A DNA stretch of 54,348 bases, filler included, from Sphacelaria rigidula (Eukaryota), in assembly GCA_964200075.2 (NCBI GenBank). It is 5 parts of 5 records of this genome, joined end to end, with 100 filler letters (N's around TTAATTAATTAA, not from the genome) between each part and the next. Parts side by side here need not be neighbours in the genome. Positions count along the whole stretch, not along the records: positions 1 to 10,791 come from CAXNAA020005905.1; positions 10,892 to 21,681 come from CAXNAA020005906.1; 3 more parts are not named here. The stretch is one strand, 5' to 3'. The notes beneath the pieces are model-generated. The model saw nothing but the letters and a program-made list of their open reading frames with translations. It ran no database searches and was not told the DNA's origin. Each line of letters starts with the position of its first letter. Position 1 is the stretch's first letter. Made by a program: the position numbers and the translations under genes. Shown here piece by piece: positions 1 through 12,359 of this stretch.

Positions 1-19
1 ATTTTCGAAAATCGGCTGT

Positions 20-81
20 TGATTGACCGCTTTTCACTCCCAATCGTATCATCTACTCTCAATCTAACGAAAACACTGTTG
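20..81. mobile_element. MITE family B, terminal fragment
   Basis: TTGACCGCTTTTCACTCCCAATCGTATC...CTACTCTCAATCTAACGAAAACACTGTT matches the end of 308-613. Confidence 0.6.
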
Positions 82-307
82 AGAGTAATACTGGCATACT
101 CTCACTTATCTCGTAAGTCTTGTTTTGGATAAAGGACTCCCAACAATTCCAACCTCAGAAAGTATTTGTGAACCCCTAACGAAGCGTTACTTCCTCTGTC
201 CGAGAATATAAGATCGGTACGGATATCCGGAATATAAGATCGGTTTTTACTATATGCCCCGAAGTAGGTGATCTAGCCACTGTAGCAGGTCCCACAGGTT
301 CTATGTA

Positions 308-613
308 ACAACGTTTTCGTCAGGTTAAGAGTTGAGTGCTGATTGAGAGTGGCTTTGATCATTCGCTGTAACTTAGCCAATTCTTTTTTCCGTGTATGCT
401 TTTCTCTACCTCCATCACTGCTGCTGTGTGCTTACAGCTTCGCGTCGATATCCTACTCAGGGATATCAAGGGTCTCAGTGGCAAGCTACTACGGAAGTCG
501 TATTGACCCTCGTGGAGGGGCATTCCGGAACTGAAACAATTCGTTCACTAATTGACCACTTTTCACTCTCAACAATCGTATATCCTCTACTCCCAATCTC
601 ACGAAAACACTGT
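308..613. mobile_element. MITE family B (~300 bp, TA-flanked), full copy
   Basis: Termini TA|ACAACGTTTTCGT... and ...CTCACGAAAACACTGT|TA. The internal sequence is shared with 11470-12035, 20610-20740, 37875-38170 and 20-81. Confidence 0.72.
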
Positions 614-1205
614 TATGTATGATCGGATATGAAACTGGATGAAAGAAAAATTATCAGCTCAAAAGGGGGGGGGGGGGGGGTTCATTATTCCCGGGTGAAT
701 ACGCACCCTTCTTCAGAACCCCGTTGTTGCTACCAGCGAGAAGGTGCGGAATCACCGCAGCTCTTTCCAAACTGTCAAGGTTCTTGCGTTTTTGACACCT
801 AGAAGGCACTTCCAGCAGAGGACATGCCTCACTAGAAGATGGGAAGGCTTTTGACCGGGTCTTCAAAGTTGCGGTGGTGATTTCGAGCGACCTGTGCTGG
901 GGTGGGCTACACTTTTCTGGTCTGTGCTAAAACAGAAACCGGTTCTACGGGCTCGGCGTCAGTGCGGCGAAAACGGGGGAAAAAACGGTTCGGAAAAAAA
1001 GTTCCGCGGTCCCCAGATATCCCACTTTTTGTCCATGCCGATGCCGATATTATATTTCCGGACAGAGGCAGTATATACTATTATGCTTTACATGAAATCC
1101 CTGTGAATTCAATGAACTCGAATATCTCAAAACGTAATGGCCTGGAATAGCGTGGAAATAATGCCCTCTATAAAAATAGTATACAACAATAGAGGATGTA
1201 CGGCA

Positions 1206-1570
1206 GGTCACCGCGGTGGCTCAGTTGGTAACCTCGTAACCTCATGAGGGTTGAGTAGGAGGGTTCGATTCCCGGAGCGTCCTGGAATATTTTCTCACAC
1301 CATGCCCAACAGTGGAGAACGGCCATGTCGTGGGTACAAAACATTCGACTGAACGGTCGACGAGGGAAAGGGACTGCTGAACTCCTCTCGCGATGAAAGA
1401 AACAGGCAAGGACCGCAGGAGGAAGGTGGGATATTAAGAACAAATAAAAAAAAGAAAAAGCTCCTGTGTTAACCTTCCTCCTGTGCGACGCCGGCTGATG
1501 CGCCCACAAATACCGAAAGGTGTAGACAGGTGCCCAGAATAAATGAGACGACAACACACGGCAAATAAAT
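1206..1570 (+). mobile_element. tRNA-derived SINE, copy 1
   Basis: Pol III A box TGGCTCAGTTGG (1217-1228) and B box GGTTCGATTCC (1262-1272) in a tRNA-like head, followed by a ~290-bp body that recurs on another scaffold at 50080-50412. Confidence 0.8.
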
Positions 1571-4500
1571 ATTGTGATAAACTGGACAGCTGGGGCCCTC
1601 GTATCCAGGTCCAGTGTAACTCCAGGTCCACTTCGAAGGACAGTATCAACTGGTGTAGCTTATAGCCCGCCATTATCCACGATATCCACGGGATATCCTC
1701 CATAGAAACTTTGCTGCGTCTTCCTCCCAGGCCTCGCCGATCATTGCTGGGGATGGCTCCTCCTCATGACCTACAGTTGACACGTGTCCTAAATGCACGG
1801 TATTCTTCTATTGACATTATTACCCACAATATTACGAGTATATTTTTCGGGTCTCTCCAGCCTTCCCCTGAAAATTAGGGTACGTCCTCGTCCTCGCCTA
1901 GAATGAGCTTCCTACTTTAGGGAGTGGTGGTCCCTGGTCCGCAGCTGCACCTACACTCCCAGCATCGTCGTAACAATAAATAAAACATGTCCGAATATAA
2001 TGTGACGTGCGTAACCCCGGGTGATCCATTTTGGGACTGGCGAAAAAAAGCGACCACCTATTACACTGGCGGGTGGTATCTCACGTAACCCAGTGCCATC
2101 ATCTATCTGCGGAGCGTCTGATGCTCAGAGTTCGTACAGCTGATTGCAACGGATGGTACGGGTATTATTGTACACGAATATTTCTAGATGATCTCAGGCT
2201 GGCCACTATCTATATTCCCCGAGATTCCAGACTTCAAACAAACCCAGATTACCGGGAGTTTATGGATGTTTTCATTTTCTTCCCCGGAGTCCAATTCCGA
2301 GGTTGTTCCATAGAAATGTATAAAGCACACCCACAACACACCCAGGCGCTCACGCTTTTCTTGTTCATTACTCGCAAAATAATAATAACAATAATAGTAA
2401 TAACTCGCAATTGTCCGAGCGTAGTATAGTACAGTCTGTAGCATTACATGAATCCTTGTGTGCGCTGCCTGTAGATGGATGATGAGTACGAACGCCTAGA
2501 CCACGCACACGCACTTGCCTACAAAAACTGTTGATTTCAGTACACTTCGACAACGGCAGGAGCACTACAGTGATCTCAGAATAATATTGGTGCACTGGTG
2601 ACGCCATTACCCGGCAAGAAGGCACGAAGGGAATGGTGTACAAAATATAGCCCACCCGCCTGTATGCATACACGTTTGTGTTGTGTGATGCAATTCGCTC
2701 ACTCTTTCCGCGGCGTACAGCGCCCAGGCCGCCCGAAATATGCGTTGGGGTTACGGTTGGCAACGAAGTGGCATCACCGAAACAGCATCAGGACATTTTC
2801 CGATCTTCCACACAGATTCGAACAATGAAGCTCCTTTGTTCTCGGCAACTGATGACGGGGAAGGGTAGTTGGGTACTCTTTTGGTAGTCGACTCTGATGT
2901 ACGTACCAGGCATACAGGACGTACGCCGATGCTCAACTAGCAAGGAGGGTGCGCATCCAACGGGATTGGTGGTAATGTGCCGGTCTTGCTCGCGAGCGAC
3001 CCGAGCCGCACAACAAGCAATTTCTGCAGTTTGTTTCCGTCCCTCCAAGAAATTTATTGTGGTTTGACCGTTGCGGGGAGCGTCCTTGTTTGGTGAGAAA
3101 AGGACCCGGTGTGAAATGTGCAGCACAAGAACACCTGATCTACAGAGTCTAGCTACTTCAAGCGTATAACCCTACCGCGGCGTTGAAACCATAATTTACC
3201 CTGCGTATATCCTGGGGAAAAAATATGTAGGGATTGAACCAGAACACACATGAAGCCAGACGAACAATACCCGCTTGAGGAGGGAGCAGTCCACACACAC
3301 ACAAACGAGACCACGAACAGGGTTCTCGTATCATCATCGCGTGTAAAACCCTAAACGAAGTATCACTGGCGCTGCCAACGACCAGCCTGAAACAAGGGGC
3401 GGTATTTTGTTGTCCCGAAGGGCTGCGAAGCCAAAAGTATGAACGGTCATTTTGTATGCGCATGACACCTTTGAATGTACCTTCTGGCTGCGCACATGCA
3501 TCGGCGGACTTTACGTGTAGTATATCTTAGTGTGCTACGAGTAGTGTCTGCATACAGTACCACGGCTAGAAAGTAGTGCTGTGGATGCGAAGTGCAAGAA
3601 CTGAAGCGGGCATTGAAGAGTTTTTTCGCCGCCACCGCGTCATGAATCGCATTGCAAGGCGAATGTGGTTCTAGTCGTCGGAGTTCAAGTACCATGCTAG
3701 CTCGTGAGAGCTGACAAGTGAGAGGCGTGCAAACGGCAAAGAACAGAAGAAAACACATGCATCATCCATATATGGTGAAAGTTGAAAACCGAGCTACCGC
3801 CCTGTCACCTCCGGATCAACTTTTCAATTTTGGAGAAATGGAGACCTGTGGCCAGGTACAAGTGTATCCAAGGTGGAATATAAAACACACTCGAATTCAG
3901 ACACCATGAAGTATCATCTGGTTGGGGAATGTCGCAAGTTTCGATGGTAATATTCTACAAGCTTCGTAGAAGTGGTGTCAAAGAACGGAGCGGTGAACTA
4001 TACTTCAATGGCCGAACACTGGAAGTATTTCTACCGAGCTCCCGAAATATTTTTGTACAGTGCGCAAGTAGGACACTGGGACGCCAGGCAAGGCATCCAG
4101 GCAAGGCATCCGAGAGGAAGGTCGAAATAATCACGCGGTATTCCTCTCTTTGTTTCTGATTTACGTTATGCGGTTGGCAGGCAACAGGCTCTGAAACTGA
4201 TCGGGATTTTGATGCAAAGCAAGAACACACGAGCGCGCGTGGAAAAAGGGCGTATTATTGACTTCTTCAGATGGCGGGTATGCGAGTACCCTGCTCTCTA
4301 CGTTTAGCAACAGGCAGAAATTATGGAACACATGTTTTTCGTAAAGTAACAGCCCTTCAAGGGCAAACGTGACAAACGAACAATCTGGAAGAAACTAACT
4401 AGAGAGCAATTTGATTCTTCCTGAGGATGTGCATGAAAGAATCAAATTGAAATATTATGCACAGGAGTAGTGGAAGAATCAAAATATTGAAATGTTGTGC

Positions 4501-4923
4501 GTTCATAACACTCACAACCCTGTGACACACAAGCACACAGCTTTCACCACGAAGGGGCACTCCACAGCAATTTTTACCCAAAAGACAGATAAAAGCCCTC
4601 ACTGGTGCTGTGCTTTCTCGTTAAGAGGGAAGACGAAGTGACGAGGACTAAACCGCATCGGAGAAAGTCACGGTAGTACCTCTTGGTGTTCACGCGCGCG
4701 TCTTTTTCCTACTCGCGAAGTTGAGTTTGGGGATAGGAGATTGAATTGTAGCTTCTTGGACTTGCTCCATCGACTTCACATTCAATCTGCTTGTCAGGAC
4801 CTCGAGCGAGCGACGCACCTTGCCTCGGCTGGGTGGACGCTGCTTCACGTGTTGCGGAACCCGGAGTCTGTAACTCCGGTAGATGAGTAAAGGTAGGAGG
4901 GTCCATCCCACCGCACAGTTGTA

Positions 4924-6186
4924 ATGCCGCCAGTAGCCTTCGGCAACGATACGGATTTCAGACGCTGGACACTTCAAGACGCTCACCACAACAACGCCGC
5001 TGTGGAGGTTGGCTCAGGGCCAAGTAGGTTACAGTGGCCCAGGTCGGTCACGGTTGCTGCTGCACCCGCTACGACCGCTGCCTCGCGTGGCCACGGTCCG
5101 ATGAACGCAGCGACAACCCCTGTCCCGCATGCCGATACCAACGGGCTTGGAAACTCCCAGCAGCTGCAGCTGCACCGGGACGGGGGTGGCCTGCCTGCGT
5201 ACGGTACTACGGGCTCTGGGGAGCGGACCAACAGTCACCGAGGCAGCCCAGTCCTTGCCCCTGCCATGGATCACGCAAGGTTGCCGACTATGGTGGGTGG
5301 GGAGGGGGCGAATGGCATGCTGCTAGCAAACGGCGGGCAGGGTGGGGGCGATCCTTCTCGCCATGGGTCCTCTTTCACTCACCACGCCTTTGATGCTCAG
5401 CATGTGGGCGGTGTTGGCAGCGGTGGTATTGTCGACATTTCGTCAGGTGGAATGATTGCGAATGGTGCGACCCAGTACCAAGGAAGGGGTATGCTGGCAG
5501 CGAGCAATCTTATGGCCCATGGGGCAGGGAGGGGCACACCTGCCGCGGTGGTGGCAGCAGCGGCGCAGGCCGCTGCTGCTGCCGCTGCGAACTCGCGACA
5601 GCAACAACACCAACATCATCATCATCAGCGCTCAATGTTTGATGATGCTCTCGGCATGGTAGATCATCACGCAGGGGGGGGGGCACCACCGATGGGAGCA
5701 CGACTCGATGGTAGCCACAACAGCTTAGTGGGAGATGGGATCATGAACATGGGGGGAAGCGGCGCCCCAAATGCAAACGGCGTCGGGGGGCAAACCATGA
5801 TGGCGGGGTTGCATGGTGCTCCCCCTATGGGGACGAGAATGAACCACTCCGGCAGCAGTGGAGGGATGGGTGGGGCCGCTACGCCCACCCCGTCTGGTCA
5901 AGGAGGACAAGTTCAGCGGAATTTACGAGCCCCCAATGGGGCAATGCCGTCTACTGGGAGCAGCAGCGGTGCGGGTGTGGGCGCGGGAGGTTCGTGGTTG
6001 GGCGGGGAGGATTTCATGTCAATGGCGCTTGCCTCGGTGCCGCATGGCGCGAGCGAGCTGCCTGCCTCGGCCGTGCCGACCGTTCTCGAGAGGTTTCCAG
6101 GGTTCGTGCGGTGTGTTATGGACATCGCACCTGAGGTTGTCGGCTGGGTGATCGGGCGCAGCGGTGCTCATATCAAAGAAATGAAG
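4924..6186 (+). CDS. KH-domain RNA-binding protein, first visible exon (long Gly/Ala/Met/His/Gln-rich low-complexity region plus first half of a type I KH domain)
   Basis: 421 codons of open frame ending in ...VRCVMDIAPEVVGWVIGRSGAHIKEMK, a KH signature with the GxxG loop GRSG, followed by a phase-0 donor AAG|GTACGC at 6187. The ATG at 4924 is the likely start, but an upstream exon cannot be excluded. Confidence 0.88.
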
Positions 6187-7864
6187 GTACGCAGTTGGTA
6201 AAATCGACGCGTTTTGCCATCATTTGTACTACAGGACGTGCAAGCGTGTTGATAGACTCAGGGCGAGTGTAAGGAAAACGGGATGAGAGGGGGTCTGGCT
6301 TGGGTGCCGTTTATCCGTTTTGCGAAGCCAAAGGTCTGTGATCGCAGCTTTCCTTTTTCTGTCGCTGCCATGTTTTTATATAGTGCTTCTTGCGCCCCTT
6401 GGTCGGGCTGATTGTTCGAGAAGTCGGCGTACAGATCCGTAATTTCGACCCTTCTGTGTGGCAGTTAAAAAAGACAGGCAGTTTGTCATGTGTGCAGGGA
6501 TGAGTAGCAGGTGAACCACAGAGAATTTTTGCAGCCGCGCCCCGACTTTTCCTACCAAGGTCCAGACACCTGGATAAGCGTACAAACATGTCACTTGAAC
6601 ACGGCACTTTGATCTCCCAAGCACCCGTCTGATTCCAACTTGATGGCGTCGCCTCGACACCATTGCAGTTGTACGTGCGATACAGTGCGACATCGCTGAG
6701 GATCGTGAGAAAAAATCCACATATGTTGAATTCCATCTCTTCAGTTGACTTCCAATCCGCTTCCGAATCGCTTCGTGATTTAGTCGTGTTCTTGTTTTCG
6801 GTTATTTGCCTCTCAACTCCGAACCTACCCTGAACCTGCTCACAATAAGAGTCCGTTTCTCGCCAAGACAGTGAGTGACTTGTTACTTGTACTTGCAAGG
6901 TATCTCCACCCTGGTTATTGACTGTGCTCAGCCATATGTGTGCCCCTCTGCAGAGAACCGTACGGTGGGTAAAATTGCCTCTATTACTACTTGTCCTGGG
7001 GACGGGGGGGTGAGGGGGGGAGGGCGAAATTATTCATTAGTTTTGAAATAGTCACATTTTCATGTTCCAGGATGTAACCGGTCGTTGTGCATAATGCATG
7101 TCCAAAACGTAGGACAGTGAAGGAATACAAGACTGCGGTTTCGCGTTGACTTGAGCCGCCTCTGAAGTACTCCGGAGTAGAACGCTGTCCTTGAACTACC
7201 GTATCTTTAGTTGCGATTGCATTGTGGTGACAAGCGTCTGCTGTCGCTCTCTCGGTTGTGTACTCTGCACCTTATTTCCACCCTTGATCGACCCCGAAAG
7301 GCCAGAGAAACCCCAGTCGACGTATTATTTCCAAGTGCAGCGTACGTTGTCGTGATCAACGACCAACGCTCGTTGCGCACGGCAGATGAACGATAACTCC
7401 CTGCTGGGAAAGCAGTGGTCGTTTGCCTCACTCCTCGTCCGCCCGTATTCATGTCTTTTATGTACACTCACCAACTGCCTCAATGGTTCGGACGTGTCGT
7501 CAGTGATGAAACGTTATGGAACGCCATCCTGCGCCAAAATACAATCACCGACGCAAGGTTTTACTCTTCTTTTGGCGTTTCCAACATGCACTTGGGATCA
7601 CTCCAGCCAGTCACGGGAAAACACGTGAAGGAGGAAATTTTTTTCTCGACACATTTTTTTTGCCGTCGATGATAGGTACTTTTCTGGAACTCATTGCGCT
7701 ATACCAATTGGACACCGCACCTCCCGCGCGATAAACTTCGATTTTCTTGGCGACACTCCTCTCTCATCACTTATGCTTTTTTTGTTCTCGCTACGCAACC
7801 TCATGCGCCGCTGCCCCTTACTCTGGCAACACGACATCGCGCGCCGCGACTACAAAATCGACAG

Positions 7865-8020
7865 CACCGCAGCGGTTGCGGCATGTGGGTCGATCAAAAG
7901 GACTTGAAGCTGTACATAACCGGCGCAGACATGCCTCGTATTCACGCCGCGGCAAGACTGGTCGGCGATTTGATTTCCAAGGCCCCTGTAAACGTCAACA
8001 GTGCCGGCGTGGAGGATGAG
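7865..8020 (+). CDS. KH-domain protein, next exon (completes the KH domain); gene continues beyond the visible exons
   Basis: Acceptor ...GACAG| at 7864 after a pyrimidine-rich stretch, and donor GAG|GTGAGT at 8021. The 156-nt phase 0/0 exon encodes HRSGCGMWVDQKDLKLYITGADMPRIHAAARLVGDLISKAPVNVNSAGVEDE, which joins the previous exon to give a complete KH fold. The intron is 6187-7864. No later exon was recognised before the scaffold ends at 10791. Confidence 0.85.
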
Positions 8021-10024
8021 GTGAGTGTCATCATGCGCGTCCGAGTCGATGTGTTCGAGTCTACGTTGTTATTTACTTGCTCCTCTTTTCATGTCGTGGT
8101 GCCGACCTCACTTTAGGCCGTGCTCGTGGTGGCTTGGAGTACAATATATCGTAAGCTTTTTCGTTTCGACATTATACTCCGTACCGACACTAAAAGTAGT
8201 ATGTTCCATGTTTTGCACCATTATCCAGGTTCATGGGAGGCGCTCACCCCTGTGTTCAGTTTTTTATGGCCGAAGAGTCCACACGTGAATAGTTCCAGTC
8301 TGGCTTGACACATGGAAGCCAGCGGGTGCTTACTGCGCAGTAGAGTCGCCCGTTTCCGCCGCAGCCGTACGATCACAGCGCGTGTAACGCAGTCTTTGTT
8401 ATTGACCTGCAATATATTCTGTTTCTTTCCTGTTGTGTGAACAGTTGTGGGTCACGAGGTGGCCAAGACTCAAGTCCCAAGTCCCCACTGCTATGCATGT
8501 CTGGCCTGCGGTTCCCGCGTCTGATGCCACGTCACAACACGCAGCGTCTTATCCTTGAGTGGCCCTTGCTGTCCCATCGAGATGATCATTATTGCGCACT
8601 TGGCCCCAGTCCAAGCAAAAGAAATCGTTCGATGAACGTCATCGCTCATGTTTGAGGTGTCATTGGAACGCTGCATCTATTTTGCAGCTTGGTTTTCACA
8701 CGAAAACCGAACTTGTCGATGACTTTGGAAGACACCTCCGTGAAGGTTGACCATTCAAGGACCGGGCCAGTTTTTTGGCCGTGGTAATTTATGCGCCTTG
8801 ATTCTACCTCCAGTTGCTGCCTACGATACTCATTTGCGAGAGACAATGTGACTGTCCACGGCTGGTCGCTTGATCACCTGGAGCCAGCTAATCGATAGTA
8901 CGGCTCTTACGTGATTTTGTTGAGCTATCGAGACCACACATGTGTTTGTTGCTGATCACATGAGGATTTATCGCGCAGCTCACCGCGCGGCTGTGTTTGA
9001 TCCGTTGGTGGTTAGTCACGAGCTTTGATGTACACCATATTGTTTCTCGCACTGTACAAGACGACTGTTGATGCACTTTTCTTCAACCTCGGCATCACTG
9101 GACGTGAAACGCACAACAAATAATGGAGGAATTGGACGATGATCGCCGCTTGGGCCGTAACCCAGCATCGAGGAAACGTGTCAGTATGGTGCAGCTTGAC
9201 TTGCCAATGTTTCTCGTTGTGCCGTATTCCCTGTTTCAACTGACCACGTTAGTGCTGCGCGTGAGTCGAGTTGGAGTTATGCAAGATCTCCGCCACACGT
9301 GCGCGGTTGAACTCCTGATGACCTAGGTTGAACATGATAACGGAGACACACAAGGCATGTATCTTCCAGCAGTCGGAAACAGCATCAGTATCGTACGCCT
9401 GTACAACATGAATCCGGCATCCGTCTCCTCGAAATACCTCTTGCTTTTGTGGGTAAATTCTTTGTGTAAAGTGGTACTCGCTTGGTGTTCCCTCTGTGCA
9501 ACGCGTCAGTAACACGTGTGCGTTCAGTGGATGTAATGTTGACAACTGCGCAGGCGTCGTGATTGTACCTTGCCCTTAGATTTAGCGGGAGTTTTGCCCC
9601 GTCTTGTGCAGGCCAAGGTGAATCACGCGTTTGCTTCGAGCTCCTCATCGTGAGTGCCGAAGTCAGACTATACATTCGGTTCGAAATCACATCCAGAAGA
9701 TGAAATCGCGTTCCATCTGCTGTGACCGTTCCCCCATCTCCACACATTGCTGCACATCACTTGAAGGCGCGAGCGTCTGAACCCCACGGGGTATTTCACT
9801 ACTGCCTCGTGTCGAAGTACCAGGGGAAAATACCAATGTGGTGTTGTGTCAAATATGGCCGGAGGTGGGAGATTTTTGGTTGGCATACTGAACAATACCG
9901 AAATGTGTGTTGGACATCAGGGTGTGGTTCCACATGGTATCGGGCCCCGACTCACACACTCTGTGATTGTTCTGAAAGATGTTTGAAGATGAACGATAAA
10001 GAACCTCGTCATACTTCTGTCGAT

Positions 10025-10400
10025 GAGTGATGCTGCGATGGGCAGGGGTCGGGGGGGGGGGGGGGGGGGGGGTCGCGCCCAGGATAAAATGGGACGGGCC
10101 GGGGGGGCGGGGGCCCCACCCCGGTGGTGTTGTGTTTGGTTTTTTNNNNNNNNNNTGAGTGGGGCGGCGGGGGGGGGCCTGGCGGGGGGCGGGTGCGCGG
10201 GGCTCGATTCCACGATAAACTGAGACTGACCGGTACGTCAGATGACCCAACCAGGTGCGTTTGTATTTGCGTTTGTATTTTGTTTGAAAACGGTGTCAAA
10301 GTTGAGGGTGTTATTGGTCACGAGGGCGCTCGAACACATGCTACTACTGTCAAATACGATTTGAGGCGACAGGGGGGAGAGGGCCCTCGATGGGGTTGGC
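10025..10400. mobile_element. Diverged second copy of the Sola-like element (spans a 10-N gap)
   Basis: Starts GAGTGATGCTGCGATGG + poly-G. The internal GTCAGATGACC...TTGTATTT...AAAACGGTGTCAA...ACGATTTGA matches 11770-11900. Confidence 0.5.
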
Positions 10401-10791
10401 GTCGGTTGGCGACGATGCAATAAAACACGCCACGCACTGCGTAAGCTAGGCAAGCAGGTTACCGTTTTGTTTTTGCGCGCTTGCGTTTTTTTTGCGGTAG
10501 CCATGATGGTATAATGTAGTGTTTACGTGGTGAGACACCCGTAAGGCAGTATGTAAGCCATGGCTGTCTCTTGAAGTTGCGATACCAGAAAATTAAGCAA
10601 CTCATCGTAGGCTGCCATTCAAGTGCAAAACAAAACGGTTGGCTTCGCGCCGAACAATCTTAATCTTAGCAAGATGCAGCTCACCCTCCACGCGACTCGT
10701 CGAACACACGACGGCGCTTCGCGCTTGGTGATTGAGTGCGAGCCTGGTCCGGCGAAAACCCGGCGTGCTCCGTCTCGGCTTTGTAGGGATG

Positions 10792-10891
10792 NNNNNNNNN
10801 NNNNNNNNNNNNNNNNNNNNNNNNNNNNNNNNNNNTTAATTAATTAANNNNNNNNNNNNNNNNNNNNNNNNNNNNNNNNNNNNNNNNNNNN
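10792..10891. other. Artificial 100-bp contig spacer
   Basis: N44-TTAATTAATTAA-N44; the core gives stops in all six frames. Confidence 0.98.
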
Positions 10892-11029
10892 CGTTAGGAG
10901 CCTCTGAACCAGACAAAATTTCGCGAAAAAAGTGCACCCCTACCGTAGCATTGCTCCTGAATCGGCGTCAATACTCACTTGAAAAAGTGTGCATGATCCA
11001 GATGGACTACCCGCACGGCGGTCTAAGGG
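10892..11029. mobile_element. Right end of a longer piggyBac-type element (related fragments at about 25400-25445 and 44958-45027)
   Basis: Ends GCGGTCTAAGGG|TTAA like 40407-40504. The subterminal GTTAGGAGCC...GTGCACCCCTACCGTAGC recurs at 44958, and the shorter core CCCCTACCGTAG at 25400. Confidence 0.65.
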
Positions 11030-11319
11030 TTAAGAACGCCCTCAAGTAGTATAGTAGGAAGTTTCATCGGAAAAAACGGGGAATCCAACGACGAAGTGTC
11101 CCTGCACCCGTTCAAAGCGGGGATTGCACCTTGCGTCCAAAGTGGTAAAAAACCGTAACTTGGAATATGCACCTGTTATAACGTCTGGTTCGAATGTTCT
11201 CTCAAGCTAACTTCCGAGCATTGGCTGCGCGCTCATGTAGACGAAGAATCAACGATGTTGAGGTATTTGTGATCGATGTTGAGATATTCGTGATGGATCA
11301 TGATGAATCCTGTAATATA

Positions 11320-11470
11320 TTATGATGATATCAACAATAATAATATTGATATCGATAATATGAACAATAATGTTGATAATATAATGATAATGGTATCATA
11401 GCAACAATAATAATAACACAGCAGCAACAGCAGCAGCGGCAACGACGACGGCGACAACAACAGCAACAAA
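11320..11470. repeat. Degenerate (AAT)/(AAC)/(CAG) trinucleotide tract
   Basis: Direct reading. The tract resumes at about 12035-12095 on the other side of the MITE. Confidence 0.85.
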
Positions 11471-12035
11471 CAACGTTTTCGTGAGATCGAGAGTAGAGGA
11501 TACGATTGAGAGTGAAAAGCGGCCAACTGGTGAATGAGTCATTTCAGTTCCGAAATGCTTTTCCGCAAGCCCCGACAAAAATGCTTTCTGTAGTAGCTTG
11601 CCACTGAGATATCCCTCAGTAGGATATCGACGTGTAGCTGTGAGCACACGCTAGTGATACTCGTAGAGGCAAAGAAAGGCACGCGCGGAATGAAAAAATG
11701 GCTAGGTAAAAGAGTCATCCTACGATAGGGGGGGGGGTATTTGATTGCCCCCCAAAAAAGGCTCAAAAGTGTGTCAGACGACCTGCCACACTCGCGGTGC
11801 GCTTGTATTTGGGTCAAAACGGTGTCAATCGGTATGGACGAGCGTTGTATATCTATAACAAGCTCGTTCGAGCAACCGTTGCTCCTTTCAACGACGATTT
11901 GACGTGGAATTTCGTGCAAGAAGTGGCCCAAAATACCCCCCCCCCTGTCGTAGGATGACTCAAAAGTGAAATATTATTACTGAAAAGCAACTCTCTCAGT
12001 CAGCGCTCTACTCTCAATCTCGCGAAACCTTCTTA
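11470..12035. mobile_element. MITE family B copy interrupted by a nested element
   Basis: TIRs AACGTTTTCGTGAGATCGAGAGTAGAG ... CTCTACTCTCAATCTCGCGAAA. Colinear with the other family B copies once 11712-11961 and one AAAA are removed. Confidence 0.75.
11712..11961. mobile_element. 250-bp non-autonomous DNA transposon, Sola-like (GAG...CTC termini, 4-bp TSD)
   Basis: TIR GAGTCATCCTACGAtAG(G)nTATTT / AAATA(C)nTGTCGTAGGATGACTC, flanked by AAAA at 11708-11711 and 11962-11965. The superfamily is inferred from termini and TSD length only. Confidence 0.75.
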
Positions 12036-12359
12036 ACAACAACTATATACGACAACAATAACAACAACAGCAGCAACAATGATGATGACAGTGATGTATT
12101 GATTTCCGCTGTTGACAACAAATCGATGGTGAATATCCTCAATCACCATCCTGCCCTGTCGTCGCGTAGACGAGTCCCGTTAGTACTAAAATATATATAT
12201 TTTTTGAACCGCTTGATTCAGATCGCTTCGTGAGGGTAAAATAAAATTATGTATAGTCTCTCTCCAAAAAACCATATCTCCAAAAACAAATTATATTCTT
12301 GAATGCCAAATTTTCTGGCGAATGCAACGCCGATTTTCGCAAGAAATACACGCATGGTG

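Noticed and set aside
1206..1285. Functional tRNA gene
   Set aside because: It has A/B boxes but no clean acceptor or anticodon stems, and it continues into a dispersed repeat body, so it is a SINE head.
6311..6898. 195-aa minus-strand ORF in the KH gene intron
   Set aside because: It has a non-ATG start, no recognisable motif and no codon bias.
9849..10423. Pro/Gly-rich ORFs (also near 12755-13033, 21538-21733, 39242-39560)
   Set aside because: They derive from poly-G/C runs and noisy sequence beside N gaps.
10836..10847. TTAATTAATTAA repeated at ~10.89-kb intervals as a biological periodic motif
   Set aside because: It is always centred in 88 Ns and is a standard six-frame-stop linker.
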